From contig OZ245046.1 in assembly GCA_965224245.1 (NCBI GenBank), positions 5,632,001-5,696,000 of the forward strand: a stretch of DNA of 64,000 nucleotides, given 5' to 3'. This document shows, piece after piece, positions 30,432-39,201 of the stretch (its first letter is position 1; the number at the start of each line of letters is the position of its first letter). The notes beneath the pieces were generated by a model. That model saw only the letters and a list, made by a program, of their open reading frames with translations. It was not told the DNA's origin and searched no databases. Position numbers and translations under genes: made by a program. This DNA comes from Candidatus Eiseniibacteriota bacterium. GTDB taxonomy: Bacteria > Eisenbacteria > RBG-16-71-46 > CAZAMP01.

Positions 30432-31163
30432 TCACTCGGCCTGGATCGTGGCCGCGATCACGTGGTCGAGGTTCGGGTACTCCGCATCGAGGAACTCGTT
30501 ACCCCGTGCGCTGATGCGGTCCTGGGGGAGGCCGTCGCCGTAGCCGTCGTAGAGCTCGTCGACGACGGTGTCCATCCCCTCGACGACGCGCCCGAACGGC
30601 GCGAACCCCTGGCGATCCAGGAACGAGTTGTCCTTGAAGTTGATGAACACCTGGGTCGTGCGGCTGTGCGGCCCCGACGTGGCGAACGTGATGGTCCCTC
30701 GCTGGTTCGACTCCTTCGGGATGTCGTCGAGGATCTTGGCGGTCTGCCAGGCCTGCGTGATCGTCGGATCGCCGTTCATGCCGAACTGCACCACGAAGCC
30801 CTCGACCACGCGGAAGAACCGGCAGTCGTCGTAGAACCCGTGGCGAACGAGGTTGTAGAAGCGATCGGCGCCGCGCGGCGCCAGCGCGCGATCCACCTCG
30901 ACCACGAAGTCGCCCTTGGTCGTCTCGACCTTCACGCGATACGTGCTGGGGGCCTTCTCCTTGAAGGCCCCGGCCTTCGGATCCATCAGCAAGGACGTCT
31001 CTCCCGCGTGGCCGGCGTCGCTGGCCGGTGCATCTTCGGACATGGCGGCTTCGGCTCGGGCCTCGGCGCCGTCATCCGTCTTGGCTTTGTCGCCGGAGCT
31101 CGCGCAGCCCACGGCGACCGCGCTGGCGAGCGCGAGCACGGTCGTCAGCGACCAAATGCGCAT
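30432..31163 (-). CDS. Cyclophilin-type peptidyl-prolyl cis-trans isomerase (lipoprotein)
   Basis: FFRVVEGFVVQFG, RGTITFA, TTQVFIN, FAPFGRV; lipobox AVGC. Confidence 0.92.
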   Translation of the reverse strand: MRIWSLTTVLALASAVAVGCASSGDKAKTDDGAEARAEAAMSEDAPASDAGHAGETSLLMDPKAGAFKEKAPSTYRVKVETTKGDFVVEVDRALAPRGADRFYNLVRHGFYDDCRFFRVVEGFVVQFGMNGDPTITQAWQTAKILDDIPKESNQRGTITFATSGPHSRTTQVFINFKDNSFLDRQGFAPFGRVVEGMDTVVDELYDGYGDGLPQDRISARGNEFLDAEYPNLDHVIAATIQAE

Positions 31164-31621
31164 GTCGTGTCTCCTCCTCCGAAATCCGGGTGAATGGTCC
31201 CCGAGACGTGGCTTCGGGACTTACGAGGCCGGGCAGTATAAGCCGGTCACCCGGCCACGTCGCCCACTAAGTACCCGCGAGAGAGCGGCCCGGATCAGCC
31301 GGCGCGAGGCGCTCGCGGTCCGGGGGGCGCGGACCTAAAGGGCGTTGTCGGACGGGCCGATACGTGCAATGTGAGTCGAATCTCCGTCCTGCGAGACGAA
31401 ACCGCGAAACGCCCAAGCTCCCGCTCCGCCCGGCGCCGACTCCCGGCGATCCGCTCGGTGCCTCGATCGTCCGACCCCCGAGAGCGTCCGCGTCTCCTCG
31501 ACTCCGTCCGACGTGCGTTGGGGTGGTGCCGACCTCGATCGGCACAAGTCGCTGATAAGGCGACGTTTGCGACTCTGTCGAGCCGGGAGCCATCCCGGAA
31601 ACGAGAAGGGGCGATGACGGA

Positions 31622-32308
31622 ATGAAGAAGACCATTCTCCTCGGATGCGCTCTCCTGCCGCTGATGGCGGGCAGCGCGTTCGCACAGTCGACCGGCACGG
31701 TCAGCGTCAGCGGCGCGGTCTCCAAGTCGGCTGCGATTCGCTGGTGGAGCTACACGCCGATCGTGGGCGAGGTGGGCACCAACAACCCGGCCACGCAGAA
31801 CGGGCCCATGGACTTCAGCCTCGACGTGTCCGAGGCGGCCGCGGGTCTGAATCTCCAGAGCTACACCGGCGGTACCGTCCAGATGATCATCCGCTCCAAC
31901 GCGGCCTACACGCTGAACGCACAGGTCACCACGTCGAGTGGCTTCGGCACGATCGCGAACGGCGACATGGCGCTGAGCGACGTCGGCTTCGGCATCGGGT
32001 CGGTGTCGAACTCCGGCCCGAAGGTCTTCGGCGATCCGGCGTCGGGATCCACGGTCGCGGCGGCGTTCGCGTCGGATCCGAGTGCGGCGGCGAAGGACGT
32101 GGACGAGGAGCCGATCTTCACCGCGTCGCTCGACGACGTCACGTCCAGCGTCCAGGTGCTCGACGGTCCGCGGATCTCGAACCGGGGCGGCATCGGCTCG
32201 CCGAACAACGGCCTCCTGGTGGACACGACGTACGCCATCGGCCCGCAGTTCTACACGCCGGTCGCGAGCTTCGACGCCACGGTGACGTTCACGCTGGCCA
32301 CCCCCTAG
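31622..32308 (+). CDS. Putative fimbrial/pilin-like major subunit (secreted)
   Basis: Sec signal ending SAFA; alternating N-terminal strand TGTVSVSGAV; RSNAAYTL; C-terminal strand FDATVTFTLA; upstream of a chaperone-like gene. Confidence 0.6.
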   Translation: MKKTILLGCALLPLMAGSAFAQSTGTVSVSGAVSKSAAIRWWSYTPIVGEVGTNNPATQNGPMDFSLDVSEAAAGLNLQSYTGGTVQMIIRSNAAYTLNAQVTTSSGFGTIANGDMALSDVGFGIGSVSNSGPKVFGDPASGSTVAAAFASDPSAAAKDVDEEPIFTASLDDVTSSVQVLDGPRISNRGGIGSPNNGLLVDTTYAIGPQFYTPVASFDATVTFTLATP

Positions 32309-32432
32309 CGCGATGTCTCGACAGGTCCCTCCCAGGGGCGCGCGCGGCGCGCCCCCGCGATCGAGGCATCCGATCGCCGACGGTTCCCATCCGAGGAGCC
32401 CCGGACCGCGCACGTCGCGGGGCCGGGGCCTC

Positions 32433-33095
32433 GTGCGTTTCGGCGCCGTCGTGCGCCGGGCGCTCTGGTGCACGGCGATGCTCGGGCTCTGGGGCACGAG
32501 CGTCGCGGTCGCGGAGCTGGGCCCGGTCCTCGTGCTGCCCGAGCCTCCCGGTCCTCCCCCCAAGCCCCCGGCCGGCTTCGACGGCGAGATCGTCGTGCTG
32601 CCCGATGACCTCGCCGAGACCGGGACCGCTCGGATCCCGCTCGGCACCGTCGAGCTGGGAGAGCTGACGCCGGGTGTCGGCGTGCCGTGGGTGCGCGAGG
32701 AGACCACGATCGCGATCTACTCGCCGTTCGGGTACTTCCCCCGCTACCGGCTCACGGCCCGGTCGCTGACGCCGGCCGGAGGGCCCGTCGGCGCGTTCAC
32801 GACGGCCGACATCGGCATGGGGATCACCGATCCGGTGGGGCGGGCGCCGCGGATCAACCCCGACTACGACTACGACCCGTCGACCGTGGCCAAGAACGCC
32901 GACGACGAGCCGCTGTTCGTCGGCACGGTCCAGTCACTGGGTCCGTTCATTCCCGGCACCGAGATTCTCCGGATGCGCGGCTTCTACTGGGGCTCGTGGA
33001 ACTACTTCACGCTCATCTTCGCCGTCGGGCCGCAGTACTTCACCCCCGGACCCTCGCAGGTGGTCCAGCTGGAACTGGAGCTGATCCTCCTATGA
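32433..33095 (+). CDS. Putative minor pilin-like subunit, paralog of the upstream gene
   Basis: Shares DIGMGI/DVGFGI, DPSTVAKNADDEPLF/DPSAAAKDVDEEPIF and AVGPQYFTP/AIGPQFYTP with 31622-32308. Start uncertain (32313 or 32433). Confidence 0.6.
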   Translation: MRFGAVVRRALWCTAMLGLWGTSVAVAELGPVLVLPEPPGPPPKPPAGFDGEIVVLPDDLAETGTARIPLGTVELGELTPGVGVPWVREETTIAIYSPFGYFPRYRLTARSLTPAGGPVGAFTTADIGMGITDPVGRAPRINPDYDYDPSTVAKNADDEPLFVGTVQSLGPFIPGTEILRMRGFYWGSWNYFTLIFAVGPQYFTPGPSQVVQLELELILL

Positions 33096-33964
33096 CGATC
33101 CCGACCCGTTTCGCGAGCGCCGTGGCGCTCGCCCTGGTGACGACCTCGGTCGCCGTCCCCGCCGCCCGGGCCGGCGACGTGTCGATCATCCCGAGCCTCG
33201 TCGAGGTGCGGGTTCCGCCGGGCGAGGACTTCACGACGCTCGTGGAGATCGTGTACGCCAAGAGCAACGACCAAGACGACATGCCGCTTCGCATCGTCCT
33301 GTCCACCGAGGACTGGGACATGAACGCCGAGGGACGGCTCTCATATGCAGTGCCCGACAGCCTCCCGGAATCGGCCGCGTCGTGGGTCGTCTTCTCGCCG
33401 AGCGAGGCCGAGATCGTCCCCGGACAGATCATGCATGCGCGCATGTCGGTCATCGTGCCCGAGGACGCGCGGGGCGGCGAGTATCGCGCCGCGCTGATCG
33501 CCCAGCCGAGGCCGGCGTATCGGCCGCTCGAAGAGAATCAGAAGCGTCTCCAGTTTCGCTACCGCCTCGCGTCCACGATCTACGTGAGCGTGCCGCCGAT
33601 CGAGCACGAGCTGGATCTGGTCGGTCTGGACGTGGTCGCCGATCGCGGGCGGTGGGCGGTGGTTCCGTCCTTACGGAACGACGGCGGAGAGCACGCCCGT
33701 ATCGTCGACTCGTTCGAGGTGCTGCCGATCGAGAACCCGCTCCTGGGGAGCGCATACGTGAAGCAGACCGAGGAGGCGGGGGTCGTGCTGCCGGGACGAC
33801 TGCGCCGACTCCGACACTGGCTGCCGGAGTACCTCGAGCCCGGTGCCTACCGCATCGTGTACGAGGCCGACGCGGGAGATCCCTACCCCCTGATGGTGGG
33901 GGAGAGCACGTTCGAGATCCCGGGTCCCGACGACGTCCCGACGGTCGTCGCCACCCGGGACTGA
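33092..33964 (+). CDS. PapD-like periplasmic pilus assembly chaperone (two Ig-like domains)
   Basis: ATGA overlap with the upstream gene; signal peptide; VPGQ...VIVPEDARGGEYRAALIAQP; LRNDGGEHAR...VLPGRLR...LEPGAY. Confidence 0.7.
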   Translation: MTIPTRFASAVALALVTTSVAVPAARAGDVSIIPSLVEVRVPPGEDFTTLVEIVYAKSNDQDDMPLRIVLSTEDWDMNAEGRLSYAVPDSLPESAASWVVFSPSEAEIVPGQIMHARMSVIVPEDARGGEYRAALIAQPRPAYRPLEENQKRLQFRYRLASTIYVSVPPIEHELDLVGLDVVADRGRWAVVPSLRNDGGEHARIVDSFEVLPIENPLLGSAYVKQTEEAGVVLPGRLRRLRHWLPEYLEPGAYRIVYEADAGDPYPLMVGESTFEIPGPDDVPTVVATRD

Positions 33965-34010
33965 CGGTGGTGTGCCGCCGCGATCCGATCCGACCGGTGC
34001 GGCGGGCACG

Positions 34011-35594
34011 CTAGTCCGGATCCGCCGAGCGCGCGGAGAAGGCGAGCGCGGCCGCCGTCCAGACGAACGGCAGCAGCGGCATCACGTAGCGCCTGAGAAC
34101 GAGATGACTCCAGGCAACCGCGAATCCACAGGCGATCGCGAACGCGAAGATCAGGATCGCGATCCGGCGCGCCCGCCGCGCGTCCGGGCCCGCCGGACGC
34201 GTGAACGCGGCGCACAGGATGACCGCGGCGACCGCCCAGCTCACCATGGCCCACGGGGCGTAGAGCTTCCGGAGAGCGGCCATCGGGTCGCCGTGGCGCG
34301 GCGTCCACTCGGTGGTGTGCTGTCCGGGCCAGAAGGCGGTGATGGAGCCGTCCGGATGCTCGCGGTACGTGTACCGGCCGTGCGCCACGGGAGAGGTCGG
34401 TACGAAGACCCGTGCGAAGCTCGGCAGCACGAACGTCCGCAGATACGTTCCCAGGTTCTGCGCGATCCACTCGTGCGTGAACGACCGGAAGAGCTCGTTC
34501 ACGAGAATGAACGCGTTTCGGTACTGCAGCGCGAACGCGGGGAGAGCCGGGTTCGTCCGGTTCCGGTGCTCGACGAAGTACCGCTGAGCCGGCGTCGTCG
34601 GTACCTTCGCCTCGCGGATGAAGCCCGTCAGGAACCGACGATAAGGCTCCACGTCCTTCGGTTCGGGCTCGTAGCGGGGCCAGAAGGCTCGCAGCAACCG
34701 TTTCGCGGGTGATCTGCGATTCCAGCGATGCCAGTTCGAGTCGTGGTCGGGTCGGATCGACGATGGGTACGCGGTGAGGAACTCGGCGACCAGACGGGCC
34801 TCTGGGTCGAGGAAGTCTTCGGGGGCCAGCTCGTCGAGGTGAGGCGCAATGTTGCCGTAGAGGGCCCAGCCGTCGAACGTGGTCGGGCGAAAGCGTCCGA
34901 GGCTCCAGTCCACGTGCGCGCTGATCGCCAGGATGCTGGCCGAGGACACGAGCACGACCATGCCGGCACGACGGGCACGGCTCGCATGCGACGGCGCACG
35001 CCACACCACGGTGGCGGCCAGCAACGCCGGATTGGCGAGGCCCACGAACCGGAGGAACATCGTCGACACCGACAGCGCGAGCGCGCCGGCGAACCACCGT
35101 CTCGTCGGGGAGTCGACGTACGCGAGAATCGTGGCCAGGAAGCCGATCGTCTGCGCCGTATAGACGGTATCGGCGATCAGGAAGTGATCGAGGTACCACG
35201 CGTGGGGATCGAACGCGATCAGCGCTCCGGCCGCAACCGCGACCTCCCGGCGAACGCGCTGGTGGCGGTGAAGCACCCACGTCAGTCCGAGCGACGCGAT
35301 CAGCCGAAGCAGAGCGGCCAGCACGACCGACACCGTCGGCGTCGGCGAGAACACGCGGGTGGCGGCCAGGTATAGCGAGTAGCCGATCGGCTTGTACGGG
35401 TTCGCCTTCAACGACTCGGCCGACAACACGTACTCCTCGCTGTCGCCGACGAGATAGGGATGAGGGTACAGGTAGACCTGGAGGAGCTTGAGCAGCACGA
35501 ACGCCACCGTCATCCAGACGAGCGGGGTGACGAGCGAGCCGGCGGGGCTGCCTGACGATCGCTCGCCTCGACGGGAGTGTCCGGCGCTCGTCAT
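34011..35594 (-). CDS. Polytopic membrane protein, GT-C fold glycosyltransferase-like
   Basis: GDSEEY...KPIGYSLYL in the first loop, multiple TM helices, a large soluble loop, C-terminal RRYVMPLLP. Confidence 0.6.
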   Translation of the reverse strand: MTSAGHSRRGERSSGSPAGSLVTPLVWMTVAFVLLKLLQVYLYPHPYLVGDSEEYVLSAESLKANPYKPIGYSLYLAATRVFSPTPTVSVVLAALLRLIASLGLTWVLHRHQRVRREVAVAAGALIAFDPHAWYLDHFLIADTVYTAQTIGFLATILAYVDSPTRRWFAGALALSVSTMFLRFVGLANPALLAATVVWRAPSHASRARRAGMVVLVSSASILAISAHVDWSLGRFRPTTFDGWALYGNIAPHLDELAPEDFLDPEARLVAEFLTAYPSSIRPDHDSNWHRWNRRSPAKRLLRAFWPRYEPEPKDVEPYRRFLTGFIREAKVPTTPAQRYFVEHRNRTNPALPAFALQYRNAFILVNELFRSFTHEWIAQNLGTYLRTFVLPSFARVFVPTSPVAHGRYTYREHPDGSITAFWPGQHTTEWTPRHGDPMAALRKLYAPWAMVSWAVAAVILCAAFTRPAGPDARRARRIAILIFAFAIACGFAVAWSHLVLRRYVMPLLPFVWTAAALAFSARSADPD

Positions 35595-35852
35595 CGCGCA
35601 CCACGCGGTGCGCCGTCCGCCGCGGCGCGCGAGCGTCTGTCCCGGTCGTCGACGACGTCGTCGATCCAGGCGAGCGCGGGCATCGAGCGGGCCATGGGAC
35701 GTCCCCTGGTGAGTCACGGTGAATGAATGATGGGGGGATCGTGCGAGCTTACCCTGCGAGGCCGTCGAAGGGAACCCGTGGCCCGGTTCACGGCGTGGAT
35801 ACGATGCTCGGAATACGAGCATCGTATCCGGGGACCATCCTGGTGGTGCCGA

Positions 35853-36083
35853 CTAGCCCAGCACCTCGACCAGCGCCTTCCGATGATGCTTGCTGCCCAC
35901 GGCGGCGACGATCGTCCGGAGCGCTTCGAGGTTCCGGCCGTGCTTGCCGATGATCAGCCCCATGTCTTCCTTGGCCACCGACAGCTCGTAGATGGTCAGC
36001 GATTGACTCGAGATCTCACGCACGGAGACGCTGTCGGAGTTGTCGACGAGCTCGCGGGCCATGTTCTCGATCAGAGACTTCAT
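35853..36083 (-). CDS. khpA: KH-domain RNA-binding protein (KhpA/YlqC family)
   Basis: MKSLIENMARELVD...DMGLIIGKHGRNLEALRTIV (GxxG loop), 76 aa. Confidence 0.85.
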   Translation of the reverse strand: MKSLIENMARELVDNSDSVSVREISSQSLTIYELSVAKEDMGLIIGKHGRNLEALRTIVAAVGSKHHRKALVEVLG

Positions 36084-36433
36084 GAGTCGCGTCCTTTTGC
36101 CGGGACGACGGGACGTCATCCTCGATTGCAGTGTCGGGTACGTGTCGGTTCGCGGCTCGTCGTGGCACGTGTGCGACGACGAGCGTGTCACGCATGCGGA
36201 AGGCGACCGGGAGCCGGAGGATTCCGCGTCGACCAGCAGTCGCGAACCGGTCTCCGGATCGGAATCGCGCGCCCGCGCGTCACACGGATCTTGATCGACC
36301 GACCCCCGCACGATGTTTCGCGAAAAGGGAACGTGCTCGGGACGGCCGGCCGCTCCGGAACCGGGGTCAGCCGTCGAGCCGTCCGCCTTCTGGCGATCGA
36401 CTGCTCGATCGGGCGCGAGGCCTCGGGGGCGCG

Positions 36434-38890
36434 CTAGAACCGTTTCCGGACGACCGCGCGGGGCCGTGGCACCACCCCGACCTGGATCCCCGTGACGTCG
36501 CGAGTCACCGGCACGTCCACCTGCATCGTGGCCGGCGCGATCAGCTCGCCGGGGAGCGACGCCGGCGCGATCTGGAGGGCGTGCCGTCCCGGGGGCACGT
36601 CTCCGAGCCGGAACGAGCCGTCCGGGCTCGAGAGCGTGTTGGAGCCCCCCGCGATGAACACGAGCGCATCGGACACGACCGGCTCGTCGGTGTCGTGCCG
36701 GTCGTTTCCGTTCACGTCGACGAACACGATGCCGGTCACGCGGCGGTTCACGCACGCGCGGAAGTCGATCCGTGCCCGGGTCAGGGGCCCGATCGTCACG
36801 TCGCCCGACAGTGCGCCGAGCACCGAGAGGTCCGCCCGCAGCGTGGTCGCCTCCACGGTCACGTGGTGGCGGCCCGGGGCGAGCGACTCGAACGCGTATC
36901 GTCCCTCGCGGTCGGTCTCACGCCGGTCCATGCCGCGATCCAGCGTGACCACGATGCCGCGCAGCGGCCGCTCGCCCTCGTCGTAGCGCCCGTTCAGGTT
37001 CGTGTCGACGTAGATGCGACCTTCGATCGCGACCGGTCGGTTGCGGCCGGCGGCATCGTCCATGCCCGCGTGCCGGAGCCGATCCTCGTCCAGCACGAAG
37101 CGTCCGCGCCAGTCCGCGCGCGTGAGATGTCCGACCTGCTGCTGATCCACGGCGATGCTGGCCCCGTGATCGCCCGAGGCGTAGCCGATGCGGATGCGCG
37201 CGGTGAAGCCTCGCTGCTCGTCCACGAATGTGCGCGTCCATCGGCCGCCGACGGTCATCGAGAGGCCCCCGAGCATGCGGACCGGTGGCGACCAGTCTGC
37301 CGACGCTCCGGCGAAGCGATGATCGCTCCACGACGTCGCGAGCTGAGCTCGACCGGCGCGGGTGTCGACGAGGAGACCGGCGGAGGCGAAGAACGCATCG
37401 GAGCCGCTCAGCCGTCGTCGCATCGATCCGTACCACTTGCCGATCGGCAGCCGTCCCCGGAGGTCCAGCGAGAGGTCGGTACGTGTCGAGGTTCGGCCGA
37501 GATCGGCGATCGACAGCGTGGCGACCGCGGACTGGAGCGCCGGATGTGACGGGGTCCACGCGGTCGCCGCATCGTAGAGCCGGTCCGTCGACCGGAGGAC
37601 CGGGTCGTAGTGCAGCGAGTGCGACGCGCCCAGCGACACGCGCTCGGACAGGCGGCGGTTCGCACCCAGCGTGTAGAACGACGAGCCGTCCTCGGCGAAC
37701 ACCGACGCGCGCTGGAACGCGGTGCCGAAGTGCCCCGCGCGCACGCGGAGCGCCGTGTCGTCCTCCGGTGACCACTGCGCGTGGAGCTCGATCGCCTCGC
37801 GATCGGCGAGGTCGTGTCCGGGGCTGACGAACGCGCCGCCCTCCACGCGGGTCAGCCATCGCTCTCGCCGCGCCTCGTGACGCACGCCGACGAGCATGCC
37901 CTCGCGCCGGGACGCCCCGCGTCCGATCCAGGACGCCCCGACATCGAGGGCGTCGGCCGCCGTCGGCTCGTCTCGCAGGCGCCAGCCCATCGACACCGTA
38001 CCCACGTGCTCGTCGAAGCGAGGTCCCACGAAGTTGCTCCGGGCGCCGGTGAATCCGGACGAGAGCTGCACGTAGCTGGCCGACAGCCGCCGGGCGCCGC
38101 CGTTCAGCTCCAGATCGGCGCCGATGCCACGGCCGTGCGCGCGTAGCCACGACATGCGCGTGTCTCCGCGGAGGTCGCCCAGCATCACCCGACTCCCGGC
38201 TCCGGAATCGAGCTGGGTCAGGAAGGTGTTCAGATGAGCATGCTGTGCATCGGTGTACCGCCCGTCCAGCCGCGTCGACAGGAGCCCCGTCCGGACGCGG
38301 GTCCGGTTCTCGAGCGTGAGCGCGCCGTTGACCACGTCGCCGCGCTCGACCGCGTTGCCGTGGTAGCGGACCTCCTGCACGCCGATGGCCGGAAGCTCCG
38401 CGCGGAGCTGCTCGGGATCCAGCGGATTGGACGTGACGATGAGGGCGTCGGTCAGCGCATCGACCCGGATCGTTACCCCGAAGAGGATCGATGCCAGCTC
38501 GATCGGGACCCGGAGATCGCCCTCGTGCGTGCCGACCGGCAGCCCGGGCGCCAGACGGCTGCCGATGGCGAAGTCCCGGCTGACCTCGCCGGTCAGCCCG
38601 TCGTAGTACGCGGTCACCCCCTGCGACGGGATCGACACCGAAACCGATCGCGAGTAGCTCTCGAACACGACGGTGGCGCCCAGCGTCTGGGCGATCGGAC
38701 GCGTGGGCACCAGCCAGACGTCACCCCGCCGCTCGGGCGCATGTCCCGGGGTCACGATCGTCTCGCCGTCGATCACGAGGCCGGGAACGGTCTCGGCCCG
38801 CACGATCGGTGCGCTCCAGGCGAGCGCCATCAGCGCGAGAATCGCGACCACGCCGCGCGTGTTCCGGCCCGGGCTCGTGTCGATCCGCAT
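36434..38890 (-). CDS. Usher-like outer-membrane protein with N-terminal copper-amine-oxidase-N-like domain and two C-terminal SdrD-B-like Ig domains
   Basis: Signal peptide; LVPTRPIAQTLGATV / VPIELASILFG stalk-like motifs; long amphipathic beta-strand region; GRIYVDTNLNGRYDEGE and GIVFVDVNGNDRHDTDE; terminal Phe. Confidence 0.6.
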   Translation of the reverse strand: MRIDTSPGRNTRGVVAILALMALAWSAPIVRAETVPGLVIDGETIVTPGHAPERRGDVWLVPTRPIAQTLGATVVFESYSRSVSVSIPSQGVTAYYDGLTGEVSRDFAIGSRLAPGLPVGTHEGDLRVPIELASILFGVTIRVDALTDALIVTSNPLDPEQLRAELPAIGVQEVRYHGNAVERGDVVNGALTLENRTRVRTGLLSTRLDGRYTDAQHAHLNTFLTQLDSGAGSRVMLGDLRGDTRMSWLRAHGRGIGADLELNGGARRLSASYVQLSSGFTGARSNFVGPRFDEHVGTVSMGWRLRDEPTAADALDVGASWIGRGASRREGMLVGVRHEARRERWLTRVEGGAFVSPGHDLADREAIELHAQWSPEDDTALRVRAGHFGTAFQRASVFAEDGSSFYTLGANRRLSERVSLGASHSLHYDPVLRSTDRLYDAATAWTPSHPALQSAVATLSIADLGRTSTRTDLSLDLRGRLPIGKWYGSMRRRLSGSDAFFASAGLLVDTRAGRAQLATSWSDHRFAGASADWSPPVRMLGGLSMTVGGRWTRTFVDEQRGFTARIRIGYASGDHGASIAVDQQQVGHLTRADWRGRFVLDEDRLRHAGMDDAAGRNRPVAIEGRIYVDTNLNGRYDEGERPLRGIVVTLDRGMDRRETDREGRYAFESLAPGRHHVTVEATTLRADLSVLGALSGDVTIGPLTRARIDFRACVNRRVTGIVFVDVNGNDRHDTDEPVVSDALVFIAGGSNTLSSPDGSFRLGDVPPGRHALQIAPASLPGELIAPATMQVDVPVTRDVTGIQVGVVPRPRAVVRKRF

Positions 38891-39113
38891 CGTGCGGTGG
38901 ATCCCCCTCGTGGGCGTTTCCGGAGGCGAACACGCCGGAACGTGCCGCGCGCGGGCGTTTCACGTTCCATGGGCCGCGCCGCACCGGGGCGCGGACGGTA
39001 ACGGAGCTCGGCTCGTGGGCAAGAGCGAGGCCGCCGACGCGGCGAGGGCGATCACGTGACATGGAGCTGCACGGTCGTAACGATCGGGCCGGCGCGGCGC
39101 CATCTTTAAGCAT

Positions 39114-39141
39114 TTGCAACGTCCTAGGGCGCTGTCAGAAT
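39114..39141 (+). promoter_or_regulatory. Possible sigma70-type promoter for gdhA
   Basis: ttgcaa-16 nt-cagaat with TG at the extended -10 position, in an AT-richer intergenic patch. Confidence 0.3.
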
Positions 39142-39201
39142 ACGCGGTGACCAGAACCAGGTTCGCATTCGTGACGCACTCGCGCCGCCACAGGAGGTCA
39201 C

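Noticed and set aside
31353-31370. Sigma-54 promoter for the pilus genes
   Set aside because: GG-N10-GC spacing is present, but the match to TGGCAC-N5-TTGC is poor and likely chance in GC-rich DNA
31385-31430. c-di-GMP-I riboswitch upstream of the pilin-like gene
   Set aside because: There is a superficial GAAACC..GAAA..AAGC resemblance, but the P2/P3 stems and the GGGACGCAAAGC core cannot be formed
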